Below, piece by piece: positions 1 through 9,432 of a stretch of 64,000 bases of DNA. A program made the translations under genes and the position numbers. The stretch's first letter is position 1. Each line of letters opens with the position of its first letter. Origin of the DNA: a virus; the IMG/VR virus record IMGVR_UViG_3300032047_002388, positions 1 through 64,000 of that record; one strand, written 5' to 3'. The notes under the pieces are model-generated. The model did no database searches and had not been told where the DNA came from. It worked only from the letters and a program-made list of their open reading frames with translations.

Positions 1-131
1 TGGAGAGTACAACACATAAAGCATTAATTGTATCCGATTACTCCTTAGATAGAAAGGGTAATTCAGTTGAAAAAGATGCCCAACATTTAGATGTTATTAT
101 TACTTATTGTAGAAGTGAAGGACATCAGGTT

Positions 132-1004
132 ATGGGTATATTAAATGGTTTTGCAAGACTCGATGTATCGCATACAATTAAAGATATTTATTTTTTAGGT
201 AATTATACAAATTCTATCACCTTTAAACATCACAGTACTAGACCTAGATTTAATGTACATTTGATACCAATATATGGTGCACCATTTACTACGTTTTCTA
301 AATTTAATGGTGATGTGAATATGGATGATGTTGTTGAACCAACAAACATAAAAGAAAGTTTAATATCATTTATTTATTATGGACAAAGACCATTAAGAGA
401 TAAGATAGTTACGAAACTTTTTAATAATGATTTACTTCAGAATACTATATATCATTCCCATCATAAACAACCAGGTGAGAATATTATAGAAAAAACAGAT
501 TCTAACAAAGAAATTTATCACTTACTACCATTAATAAGTGATTTTCCATATGATGATGGTCACAATGATTATTATCCAAACACAATAGAACTTGCATCAA
601 AAAGTTTATTCTATATAATATCAGAAACTAATGCTGATTTACATGATAGTAAGTTTAATGTTCTAACAGAAAAATCAGCAGTACCATTTTTCTCTAAAAC
701 AATACCAGTTTTATTTACTTTAAATAGTTTAGAAACTTTAAAGTATTTACAAGATTTAGGGTTTGATTGTTTTACTGATATTATACCTGAAGAAGTTTAT
801 AAAATACCACAAGATGATAGGATAGATGAAGTGTTAAAAATTGTTAAAAACACAAGTTTAGATTTCTATACAAAAAATCAACAAAGATTTGATAAAAATT
901 ATGAAATTGCTAATTTATTATCTAAAAATAATCTAAATTATGTATTAGATGGTATAAATAAGATTGTAAAAGACAACAACCTATCAGTTCATAATATAGT
1001 ATAA
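132..1004 (+). CDS. glycosyltransferase-like protein (GT-B/GT10-like C-terminal motif); may start upstream of the window
   Basis: SLFYIISETN...LTEKS...LQDLGF motif shared with 24788 and the C-half of 59512. Confidence 0.5.
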   Translation: MGILNGFARLDVSHTIKDIYFLGNYTNSITFKHHSTRPRFNVHLIPIYGAPFTTFSKFNGDVNMDDVVEPTNIKESLISFIYYGQRPLRDKIVTKLFNNDLLQNTIYHSHHKQPGENIIEKTDSNKEIYHLLPLISDFPYDDGHNDYYPNTIELASKSLFYIISETNADLHDSKFNVLTEKSAVPFFSKTIPVLFTLNSLETLKYLQDLGFDCFTDIIPEEVYKIPQDDRIDEVLKIVKNTSLDFYTKNQQRFDKNYEIANLLSKNNLNYVLDGINKIVKDNNLSVHNIV

Positions 1005-1017
1005 ACCTAAAAATTCC

Positions 1018-1026
1018 ATATTTATA
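1018..1026 (+). promoter_or_regulatory. putative late promoter ATAYTTATA
   Basis: ATATTTATA in the intergenic gap 5 nt before ATG 1032; recurs before about 10 genes. Confidence 0.5.
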
Positions 1027-1031
1027 GTTGT

Positions 1032-2060
1032 ATGAAGATTCCAAACTCATTTTTTAGATTATTAGGAGGATTACTTATCCTCTTTCTTTTTTCAAGTTGT
1101 TCATCAACTTTTTACATGGCAAAGAACAACTATAACAACGACCCAATCTATGGTATCGTAGAATCAACTGGTGATACAATCCAAATTGATGTAATCAGTA
1201 ATGATTTTCAGTTAGATAGAAAGTTCAGATTTGATAACAAATTCAGATGGAACTATTCTATGTATGCTATGAATCAAGATTATATCTGGCATCAAGATTT
1301 CTTTTGGAGAAATAGAATGTTCAGAAATGGATATGGATTCTCATCTTGGGATTTCTATTGGAACAGACATGATTTTTGGTGGAACTGGTCGGCAGGTTAT
1401 CCATTCAACTATGGTTTTAGTTATTGGAACAATTGGGGATGGCACAGAGACCCATTCTATCAAAGACCAGGTTCGAACTATGGAATGTATGGATATAATA
1501 ATTGGGGTTGGAGAAATAGAATGAACGATTATGCTTGGGAACATAGAGATAGAAGAAATGTTGCTTATGTAAATGGTAGGAGAGGTTCTAACATCGTTGT
1601 AACTCCAAATGGAAGTAGTAGAGGTGGAACAAATAATATCATCTCTAATCCTAATATACGAATCAACAGAGGTAGACCAAGCATTCCTGGCACACTAGAT
1701 AATGAAGATTTAGTAATAAAAGATAAACCAAATCTAATTGATAGATTTGTTAGAAAGATTGAAAACGCATCTGGTATAAGAGTTAGAACAATTGAAAACC
1801 CAAACAATATTCCTAACAATAATAACAGAATCAGAAACTATAATAGAGTTGAAAATGGTAATAATAATGTTAATAGAAATAATAACAATAATGTAAGAAA
1901 TTATAATAGACCACCAGTAAACAATAATCGTCCTTCAAGAAGTTATACCCCACCTTCAAGAAGTTCTTCCCCACCACCATCATCCTCCAATATTAGTAGA
2001 GGTTCTTCGAGTGGAGGTGCAGTAATCAGCAGAGGTTCAAGAGGTAATAATATTCAGTAA
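1032..2060 (+). CDS. lipoprotein with aromatic/Gly-rich core and Asn/Arg/Ser low-complexity tail
   Basis: signal peptide ending LFSSC lipobox; W/Y/G-rich middle; NNR/PS-rich C-terminus. Confidence 0.7.
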   Translation: MKIPNSFFRLLGGLLILFLFSSCSSTFYMAKNNYNNDPIYGIVESTGDTIQIDVISNDFQLDRKFRFDNKFRWNYSMYAMNQDYIWHQDFFWRNRMFRNGYGFSSWDFYWNRHDFWWNWSAGYPFNYGFSYWNNWGWHRDPFYQRPGSNYGMYGYNNWGWRNRMNDYAWEHRDRRNVAYVNGRRGSNIVVTPNGSSRGGTNNIISNPNIRINRGRPSIPGTLDNEDLVIKDKPNLIDRFVRKIENASGIRVRTIENPNNIPNNNNRIRNYNRVENGNNNVNRNNNNNVRNYNRPPVNNNRPSRSYTPPSRSSSPPPSSSNISRGSSSGGAVISRGSRGNNIQ

Positions 2061-2073
2061 TCTGTTTTTCTTT

Positions 2074-2082
2074 ATACTTATA
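2074..2082 (+). promoter_or_regulatory. putative late promoter ATAYTTATA
   Basis: ATACTTATA, intergenic, upstream of 2098. Confidence 0.5.
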
Positions 2083-2097
2083 GTAAAGGAATAACTT

Positions 2098-2922
2098 ATG
2101 CCATCAAAATCTAAAGCTCAACAGAAATTTATGGGAGCAGTTTATGCATTAAAAAAGGGTGATGTAAAATCATCTGATGTAACTCCTGCAGTAAGAAAAG
2201 TTGCAAAGGATATGAAGAAATCTGATGCCAAGGATTTTGCCTCTACAAAACATAAGGGGTTACCCAAAAAAATCAAACAAGAAATAGCAAAAAGATTAAG
2301 AGATGAAGGTAAATTGGCTGGACCAATGGCTGGTAGTTATGCTATACCTTCACAACATAAGAAAAGAAAACATAGTGATAAGAATAATCTAGGTAAAAGA
2401 CAGAAGGATGGTAATTCTGGTCAACCAGATTTAGATGAAGGAATGTTTTCTACACTAGACCAAATCAGACAAGATTCAAAAAATGTAAGAGATTTTGTAA
2501 AGAACGTATTTGCAGATAGAGATTTTAAGAAAATGAAAAATGATAAAGAATTCATTAAGTATCTTAAATCTATATATGAAGGTGTATCCGAAGGTTCTTT
2601 TCAGAGAGGTACAAGAACAGTTCCACCAAAACGAGATGGTGGATTAAATCATCATATACTTAATAAATCCAAAGTAAGAAAACATGATGATGACGCAAAC
2701 TTTAAAAAAAAGTATAGTGGACAAGATGACGTAGATGAAATGAAATTAGATGAAATCGGATTATTTCCTATTCAGAATTATCTACAAGGAATAATCCCAT
2801 CAAACTTCATTGATACAACAACAAGACAGAAGAAAGAAAGATTAAGGTCTACTCTAAAAGATTTAAAGAGCACTTTAAATTACTTTTGGAAACAACACAA
2901 AATACCTTATAGAATTAAATAA
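2098..2922 (+). CDS. DUF3008-like protein, possible virion internal protein
   Basis: N-terminal MPSKSKAQQKFMG...KDFASTKHKGLP; several (L/I/V)-x-E motifs; SD AAAGGA. Confidence 0.6.
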   Translation: MPSKSKAQQKFMGAVYALKKGDVKSSDVTPAVRKVAKDMKKSDAKDFASTKHKGLPKKIKQEIAKRLRDEGKLAGPMAGSYAIPSQHKKRKHSDKNNLGKRQKDGNSGQPDLDEGMFSTLDQIRQDSKNVRDFVKNVFADRDFKKMKNDKEFIKYLKSIYEGVSEGSFQRGTRTVPPKRDGGLNHHILNKSKVRKHDDDANFKKKYSGQDDVDEMKLDEIGLFPIQNYLQGIIPSNFIDTTTRQKKERLRSTLKDLKSTLNYFWKQHKIPYRIK

Positions 2923-2933
2923 GAGAGGATATT

Positions 2934-3176
2934 ATGGCAACATATAATATATTAAATTCAGATAATACAGTTTCCCAATCGAGAGAATTTGCTTCGAATA
3001 GTGAAATAGATGAATATATCACTGGTTCAAGGGCAAGGGGAATAAATTGTTTTAAGTATGATATTTATAACGATGATAGAGATATATTTGAATGGTATGG
3101 AGATACTGGTGAATACCAAGTAATAAAATATGTATCAGGCGATGAACCTGATAGAGCTGCCCATTTTCCAACATAA
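2934..3176 (+). CDS. hypothetical protein
   Basis: 80-aa ORF with GAGGA SD, tightly packed. Confidence 0.7.
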   Translation: MATYNILNSDNTVSQSREFASNSEIDEYITGSRARGINCFKYDIYNDDRDIFEWYGDTGEYQVIKYVSGDEPDRAAHFPT

Positions 3177-3189
3177 AAAGGAGTAATAA

Positions 3190-3441
3190 ATGTCAAAAGA
3201 AGAAACAGGTATAAACAAATTTTTATCAAATAACTGGTCAATAGTAGTTGGATTACTAGCTGCTATATTTACGGCTGGAACTTTATTTTCTGAGTTTACG
3301 GCTTTAAAAACAGAACTGAGTACAGTACACGAAAGGTTAGATAAAAAAATAAAAGTTATCAATGAACTTGAAGATAGAATTGTAGATATTGAAAAAGAAC
3401 TACAATATGAAAAAGGATTTTTAGAAGGAAAAGGAAATTGA
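3190..3441 (+). CDS. membrane-anchored coiled-coil protein (possible lysis accessory)
   Basis: one N-terminal TM segment followed by a coiled coil; AAGGAG SD. Confidence 0.6.
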   Translation: MSKEETGINKFLSNNWSIVVGLLAAIFTAGTLFSEFTALKTELSTVHERLDKKIKVINELEDRIVDIEKELQYEKGFLEGKGN

Positions 3442-3544
3442 AAAAGATAAAAGAAATATTTTGGGAATATTGGATAAGACCATGGGGCCCAAATATGGGT
3501 TAGTTCCCAATCGATGAATAAAGAACGAATGAAAAGGAGTTACA

Positions 3545-3724
3545 ATGAAAAAGAAAGTTATATCAATACTTTTGGTTAGTGCGTTATTGGTTGGATGTGG
3601 TTCAACAAAATCAACAACTGAAAATAATACACAAACCGAGATAAGTGGAGAACATGACCCTATAATGAAACTATTATTATCGAGTTTGATAATATATTCA
3701 TTAAATTTAGTATTAACAAAATAG
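3545..3724 (+). CDS. 59-aa lipoprotein with C-terminal hydrophobic segment (u-spanin-like topology)
   Basis: own translation MKKKVISILLVSALLVGC-GSTK...IMKLLLSSLIIYSLNLVLTK; AAGGAG SD; absent from ORF track. Confidence 0.6.
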   Translation: MKKKVISILLVSALLVGCGSTKSTTENNTQTEISGEHDPIMKLLLSSLIIYSLNLVLTK

Positions 3725-3734
3725 AGATTAAAAT

Positions 3735-4346
3735 ATGGCACAATTTACGAGAGAACAAATCGAAGAAACGTTAAGAGGTAAAGGTTATAAATACTTCACA
3801 AGTGATAAAGGATATGATGTAAACATAGTTGGTATCAGAAACTCAGATACTCATGGTAAAGTAACAAACAGATTTGATGATACTCTTACAATCTCATACA
3901 AAGATTTAAATGGTGAATGGATTTATAATGAATACAAGGCAACAACAGACCCTGGTTCACATTGGGAAAAGAACTTGTTGAACAAAGATGGTGTTGCAAT
4001 CCTAAAACCAGGTCAGTACAGAGGTTCACACAAACTTGGATTACATCAAGGTAAGTATGAAGCACTAAGACAGAAATCACCAGTAAAAGTTTATAGAGAT
4101 GATAACAAAGATGGTGATTATGATTTGATTGAAGAAAATGTACAAGAAGGTATCTTTGGAATCAATATTCATAAGGCAGGTGGTAGAGTAGATGGTTCAA
4201 CTCAGATTGATAAATGGTCTGCTGGATGTCAAGTATTTTCAAAAGAATCTGATTTTAATGAGTTTATGGATGTGTGTAGAAAAGCAAGTGGTATATGGGG
4301 TAACTCATTTACTTACACTTTGATTGAATCTAAAGACATTTCATAA
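3735..4346 (+). CDS. putative endolysin / peptidoglycan peptidase (YkuD-like His/Cys motif)
   Basis: GINIHKAG...WSAGCQV; flanked by membrane proteins. Confidence 0.55.
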   Translation: MAQFTREQIEETLRGKGYKYFTSDKGYDVNIVGIRNSDTHGKVTNRFDDTLTISYKDLNGEWIYNEYKATTDPGSHWEKNLLNKDGVAILKPGQYRGSHKLGLHQGKYEALRQKSPVKVYRDDNKDGDYDLIEENVQEGIFGINIHKAGGRVDGSTQIDKWSAGCQVFSKESDFNEFMDVCRKASGIWGNSFTYTLIESKDIS

Positions 4347-4403
4347 ATTTTTATATATATAATTAATAAAGGTTACAACTCACATTTAAGGAGGAGTAAT
4401 AAA

Positions 4404-4733
4404 ATGATTGATAAAGAATTAGAGAAAAAAGCTAATCACCCTGCAGATACAAATGGTGATGGTAAAGTATCTGATGAAGAGCATAAAATGTTCTTGGAAT
4501 TCAAGAGAAAAGAACTTGATGACCAAGATGCTATGAGAGATGCACAAAGAAAAATGGCATGGTTTGCATTATTTGGAATGTTACTATACCCATTTGCTGT
4601 TGTAATCGCCTCGGTTACTGGAGTAGAACAAGCTTCTACAATACTTGGTGACATGGCAGCAACATACTTTGTTTCAGTAGCAGCAATAGTTGCGGCTTTC
4701 TTCGGTACACAAGCTTATTCGAATAAAAGTTAA
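4404..4733 (+). CDS. putative holin-like membrane protein with EF-hand-like N-terminus
   Basis: DTNGDGKVSDEE loop and two TM segments; AAGGAGGAG SD. Confidence 0.5.
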   Translation: MIDKELEKKANHPADTNGDGKVSDEEHKMFLEFKRKELDDQDAMRDAQRKMAWFALFGMLLYPFAVVIASVTGVEQASTILGDMAATYFVSVAAIVAAFFGTQAYSNKS

Positions 4734-4742
4734 AATAAAAAT

Positions 4743-5216
4743 ATGATATATTGGTTTACAGGACAACCAGGAGCAGGCAAAACAACTCTTGGTAAAAAGT
4801 TACATTCATTTCTTAAAACAGAAAAGCGAAATTGGAGGAGAGATGTTTTCCATTTAGATGGAGATGACCTCCGAGAACTCACAACCAACAAAGATTATTC
4901 AGAAGAGGGTAGAATCACAAACATTCGAAACGCTCATATGATTGCACAATACCTACATAATAATGGGTGTGATGTGGTAGTATCTCTTGTTGCACCATAT
5001 CGTTGGTTAAGAGAGGAGTTTAAAGAAAAGATAGGTGTACATGAATTCCAAGAGTTTTATGTACATACAACTGAAAAGAGAGAACGAGATAGGTATAAAT
5101 CAAAAGACTACGAACAACCAGAGGTTAATTTTATTGATGTAGATACTACAAAAGATTCACCAGATATATCTTTCTCAAGAATCATAAATAATCTCGGTAA
5201 AACTGTTGTAAAATGA
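4743..5216 (+). CDS. cysC: adenylyl-sulfate (APS) kinase
   Basis: WFTGQPGAGKTT, LDGDDLR, VVSLVAPY, YEQP motifs. Confidence 0.85.
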   Translation: MIYWFTGQPGAGKTTLGKKLHSFLKTEKRNWRRDVFHLDGDDLRELTTNKDYSEEGRITNIRNAHMIAQYLHNNGCDVVVSLVAPYRWLREEFKEKIGVHEFQEFYVHTTEKRERDRYKSKDYEQPEVNFIDVDTTKDSPDISFSRIINNLGKTVVK

Positions 5217-6037
5217 TACAAGAAATCATCTGTATAGGTTCATCATTTACAGAGGGTGGGGGATTAAATCCAAATAGAGATTCTAAACAATCAAAGTGGT
5301 ACTCTAAAAAATACAACACTACTGTAACCGATAAAACACATTCTTTTCCAGCAATAATTGAAAATATTACAGGTATACCAACTCGTAACTTGGGTAAATG
5401 TGGTACAGGCTTAGAATGGATAATAAGAAATACAGAAGAAATATTAGAAGAAGGAAAACACGGTCAACTATTTGTATTTGATTGTAGTAATTGGGGAAGA
5501 GCAGAATTGTGGTCAAATGATTTTGAAAAATATGTTGTTGCAAATTGGGGACATAAAAATGGTGAGAATCCAAAAGATGGTTTCGCAACTCACATAACAG
5601 TTGATTATAATAACGAATACGATAATACACCATATCCAAATCCAGATTTTAAGAATATTCAAAGAAAATACGATATTTTTTTAAATCATTTTATGGATGA
5701 AGATAAATTGTTAATCAATCTTGAAAGACAGTTCTTAAATTTACTATATAAGTTGGATGCAAAAGGGATACCATTCAGAATATTAGAAAGTGAACCATTT
5801 TATTGGGAACAATTATTGAAAGAAAAACTGATAACAGATAATAGAATACAATTGAGAGCAGATAGAGATGGATTTGAAAATTGTTTAGTAACAACTTGGG
5901 ATTTTTTATCTACTCATCAACTATCTATTAGATGTGATAGTGATGGTTTATTTGATGATGGACATGCAGGTGTTGAAGGACATAAGGTTATTGCTGATTT
6001 AATTTTAAAAACAATAAAAGATTATGAAACAATATAG
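5213..6037 (+). CDS. SGNH/GDSL-like hydrolase or acyltransferase
   Basis: GSSFTEGGG near N-terminus, DDGHAG near C-terminus. Confidence 0.6.
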   Translation: MIQEIICIGSSFTEGGGLNPNRDSKQSKWYSKKYNTTVTDKTHSFPAIIENITGIPTRNLGKCGTGLEWIIRNTEEILEEGKHGQLFVFDCSNWGRAELWSNDFEKYVVANWGHKNGENPKDGFATHITVDYNNEYDNTPYPNPDFKNIQRKYDIFLNHFMDEDKLLINLERQFLNLLYKLDAKGIPFRILESEPFYWEQLLKEKLITDNRIQLRADRDGFENCLVTTWDFLSTHQLSIRCDSDGLFDDGHAGVEGHKVIADLILKTIKDYETI

Positions 6038-6377
6038 TTTATTTATAGGTAGATGGCAACCTTGGCATGAGGGTCATCAATGGTTGATAGACCAAAGATT
6101 ACGAGAAGGTAAAAATGTTTGTATTGCAATCAGAGATGTAGAACCAAGTGAAAAACAGCCTTGGACATCACAAGAAGTATTAGAAAACATTGGATATGAA
6201 TTAAATGATTTGATTCAACAAGGAGTAGTAAAAGTAATAATTATACCTGATATAGAATCAGTAAATTATGGTAGAGGAGTTGGATATGATGTTATAGAAC
6301 ACGAACCTCCAAATCAAATTAAAAAAATATCTGCAACAAACATTCGCTCAGAAATGAGAAGAGATGGAAAATTATAA
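6024..6377 (+). CDS. HIGH-family nucleotidyltransferase (cytidylyltransferase-like)
   Basis: GRWQPWHEGH and ISATNIR motifs. Confidence 0.75.
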   Translation: MKQYSLFIGRWQPWHEGHQWLIDQRLREGKNVCIAIRDVEPSEKQPWTSQEVLENIGYELNDLIQQGVVKVIIIPDIESVNYGRGVGYDVIEHEPPNQIKKISATNIRSEMRRDGKL

Positions 6378-6598
6378 TGGTAAGTAGAAAGAGACACATA
6401 CTGAAAACAATAAGTTGGAGAATTATAGGTACATTAGATACTATAATTCTTTCATGGTTTATTACAGGCAATTGGAAATGGGGTATTGCCATCGGTGGTG
6501 TTGAGTTAATAACAAAAATGGTTCTTTATTATTTTCATGAAAGGGCCTGGTATAAATTTAGTAAATATGGAATTGATAAACCCGTACGTCAGAAATGA
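6377..6598 (+). CDS. DUF2061-family small membrane protein
   Basis: KTISWRIIGT...LYYFHERAW signature. Confidence 0.75.
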   Translation: MVSRKRHILKTISWRIIGTLDTIILSWFITGNWKWGIAIGGVELITKMVLYYFHERAWYKFSKYGIDKPVRQK

Positions 6599-7598
6599 GT
6601 GGGATGATTTAAAAGAAATCATAGTAGGAACAACAAAGGGTGCACAAGTACCAACAGTAGGAGATAAATGTTTACATAGTATTGATTATGCACATTTATC
6701 CGATGAAGAGTTTAAAAATAGACCATCTGGTCCATACCCAAAACAAGTTATGGAAGAGATGGAAGAAGATTTAGAAGGAATAGTAAACACACTTACAGAT
6801 TTAGGTGTAAAAGTACACCGACCAATCGATAGAGATTTTTCACAACCAATCGTAACAGAAAATTGGACAGTTGATGGATATTATAATTATTGTCCAAGAG
6901 ATTCCATGTTAGTAATTAATGATAAGGTTATTGCAACACCAATGACACTTAGACATAGAAGTAATGAAGCAGAAACTTGTAAACCTTTATTCAATCCATC
7001 ATGTTGGGTTGATGCTCCTAAACCCAAATTATTGGATTCGATATATCAAAGAGAGGATTTATCTATCCCCACCTTGTTGGATGAAGAACCCGTTTTTGAT
7101 GCAGCAAATGTTATTAAACACAATAATGAGTTATTATATTTAGTATCTAATACTGGTAATAAAGCAGGGGCGATTTGGTTACAAGAGTTTTGTGATTCTC
7201 AGCCTTGGGGTGATTATCGTGTACATACTGCTGAAAATGTTTATGCATATATTCACATTGATACAACCTTTGTGTTTCTTAGAGAGGATACAGTACTAAT
7301 AAATCCACATAGAGTTAGTTGGAGAAACCTACCAGAGTTTTTAAGTAGAATGAATATTATATGGGCACCTGAACCATATCCAACACAAGTATTAGAAGAG
7401 TGGTGTTCTGCATCGCCATGGTTAGGTATGAATATTTTACCTATCAATGATAAACAAGTTATGGTAGAAGAGAATCAAATACTATTAATGACAGAACTTA
7501 AAAAACATAACTTCGAACCTATTCCAGTCAGAATGAGACATGCTAGAACATTTAGTGGAGGACCACATTGTGTTACGCTAGATGTAAGAAGAGGATAG
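6567..7598 (+). CDS. amidinotransferase (glycine/inosamine-phosphate amidinotransferase family)
   Basis: NEWDDLKEIIVG, CPRD, FDAA, HIDTT, GGPHCVTLD catalytic motifs; start moved to ATG 6567. Confidence 0.85.
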   Translation: MELINPYVRNEWDDLKEIIVGTTKGAQVPTVGDKCLHSIDYAHLSDEEFKNRPSGPYPKQVMEEMEEDLEGIVNTLTDLGVKVHRPIDRDFSQPIVTENWTVDGYYNYCPRDSMLVINDKVIATPMTLRHRSNEAETCKPLFNPSCWVDAPKPKLLDSIYQREDLSIPTLLDEEPVFDAANVIKHNNELLYLVSNTGNKAGAIWLQEFCDSQPWGDYRVHTAENVYAYIHIDTTFVFLREDTVLINPHRVSWRNLPEFLSRMNIIWAPEPYPTQVLEEWCSASPWLGMNILPINDKQVMVEENQILLMTELKKHNFEPIPVRMRHARTFSGGPHCVTLDVRRG

Positions 7599-7622
7599 TA
7601 TATCAAAAAATTTTGATATCCT

Positions 7623-7631
7623 ATACTTATA
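7623..7631 (+). promoter_or_regulatory. putative late promoter ATAYTTATA
   Basis: ATACTTATA, intergenic. Confidence 0.5.
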
Positions 7632-7646
7632 TACAAAGAGTATAGT

Positions 7647-8210
7647 ATGGAAAATAACGAAAATATGGCGTTCCCCAACTTTGACCCAACGAATGATTTA
7701 TCTCAGGCTGGGAAACAAAGAAGGATGAAAAGAGGATTAGGAGCTAAACCACTTTTAGAATCAGAAATCAAAGAGGCACAAAAGAAGGCTCGTTCGGCTA
7801 TGGAGGCAGCGAGAGTATTAGGAGTATCTTACAACACTTACAAAAAATATGCTAGAAAGTATGGTATCTTTGAGGATTTAAAAAATCCTGATGGTATTGG
7901 TATCAAGAAAGGATATAATCTTAAAAGAGGTAAGTTTGCACTTGAAGAGATTCTTGCAGGTAAATATCCTAACTACCCTGTCTGGAAACTAAAACAAAGA
8001 TTACTTAATAATGGTTATATGTTAGAGAAGTGTAACTGTTGTGGGTTTGAAGAGAGAAGAGTTACAGACCACAAAGTTCCTCTTGTTTTAGATTTTATAG
8101 ATGGTGATAGAAAAAATCACAAGTACGAAAATCTTAGGATGTTATGTTTCAACTGTTCATTTCTTATAAATGGTAATCTAACTGGCCCTAAGAAAGAATA
8201 CGAATACTAA
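7647..8210 (+). CDS. HTH plus HNH-like zinc-binding protein
   Basis: SAMEAARVLGVSYNTYKKY HTH; CNCC...LDFIDGDRKN...NLRMLCFNC. Confidence 0.7.
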   Translation: MENNENMAFPNFDPTNDLSQAGKQRRMKRGLGAKPLLESEIKEAQKKARSAMEAARVLGVSYNTYKKYARKYGIFEDLKNPDGIGIKKGYNLKRGKFALEEILAGKYPNYPVWKLKQRLLNNGYMLEKCNCCGFEERRVTDHKVPLVLDFIDGDRKNHKYENLRMLCFNCSFLINGNLTGPKKEYEY

Positions 8211-9065
8211 ATGATACTTTTTACGAATGGATGTTCTCACACTGCTGGGGTATGTGTTCTACCACCATTAACTTGGCCATGGATGTTAACTCGTAGTTTG
8301 ATTGATGAAGAATGGAAAACACCAATAAACGAAATTGAAAACAATCCACAAGATTATATAAGTAAAGATGAAAATCAACTGATAGATTATTCAGACCATG
8401 GAAAATCTAATGATTTAATTTACTATGAAACTCTACATTTTTTACTCAGTTTACAAAAGAAAGGTTTAAAACCAGATTTTGTTGTAATACAATGGAGTGG
8501 GGTGAACCGAAGAGTTCATTCAATACCAGGTGGTAGTGGTGTTAACTATGGATTAATTAATGTAAATCCACACGATAATGCTGAGTTTGGGCCGTGGTTT
8601 GAACCATATGCGAGTAAACATACTCTTCAGTTGATGTTACATTTACAGATGTATCTTAAATCAAATGATATTAAATATGCTTTCATACCATACATGGAAG
8701 TAGATAAACGAAATAAATTTTTAGTTGAACTAGATTTTTTAGATGAAACTAAATGTACTACTTCACCATTGATTGGTCATCGAAATGAGTTTAGAAGAAA
8801 AGGTTTGAGTGGTGATACACATGGTCATCCAAATCTTCTAGCAAACTACTTACTAACTAGTGAGGTAATGGAGATATTAGATTGTGGAGAAGTTAAAGGT
8901 TTAAGTTTTTTCACAAATGGTAAAACTTCATTGAAGAATGAAATTATCAAAAGACAATACGAAAGAAAGTTTATAAAAGATAAAATAGATGATATAAACG
9001 AGGGAGAAAATGAGGATAGTTACTTTTGGAGTAATGCACTAAAAAAGTACAAAAGTTTAATATGA
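8211..9065 (+). CDS. SGNH-like protein
   Basis: NGCSHTAG, VVIQWS, GHPN. Confidence 0.6.
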   Translation: MILFTNGCSHTAGVCVLPPLTWPWMLTRSLIDEEWKTPINEIENNPQDYISKDENQLIDYSDHGKSNDLIYYETLHFLLSLQKKGLKPDFVVIQWSGVNRRVHSIPGGSGVNYGLINVNPHDNAEFGPWFEPYASKHTLQLMLHLQMYLKSNDIKYAFIPYMEVDKRNKFLVELDFLDETKCTTSPLIGHRNEFRRKGLSGDTHGHPNLLANYLLTSEVMEILDCGEVKGLSFFTNGKTSLKNEIIKRQYERKFIKDKIDDINEGENEDSYFWSNALKKYKSLI

Positions 9066-9370
9066 GTTTTATAATAGGAAATAAATGTGTTGGAGTATGT
9101 GATACAGCATGTGTTGAAGTTTGTCCTGTCGATTGTATTAACGGTCCATTAAGTGTTACTGGTAGAGGTGAAGAAGTAGAAAAGATGAGTGAGGAAGAAA
9201 AGAAAGGATTACAACTTTATATTGACCCAACTGAATGTATTAATTGTGGAGCATGTGTACCAGAATGTCCAGTTGAAGCAATATACATGGATGAAGAAGA
9301 GGCCATTGCAGAGGGTGAAATAGAGGCAGTGCAAAAAAATTATAAATTTTATGGTCAAAAATTTGGATAA
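9062..9370 (+). CDS. 4Fe-4S dicluster ferredoxin
   Basis: CVGVCDTACVEVCPVDC and CINCGACVPECP. Confidence 0.9.
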   Translation: MSFIIGNKCVGVCDTACVEVCPVDCINGPLSVTGRGEEVEKMSEEEKKGLQLYIDPTECINCGACVPECPVEAIYMDEEEAIAEGEIEAVQKNYKFYGQKFG

Positions 9371-9395
9371 TTCAAAAAAAAGTTGTATGTTAGCT
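9363..9395 (+). promoter_or_regulatory. early/host-sigma-type promoter
   Basis: TTG-N20-TATGTTAGCT. Confidence 0.55.
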
Positions 9396-9432
9396 AGAAA
9401 TATACATATATATAAATAAATAAACTAAAGTT

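Noticed and set aside
1780-2050. AAT-rich tandem DNA repeat
   Set aside because: Explained by the Asn-rich low-complexity protein tail
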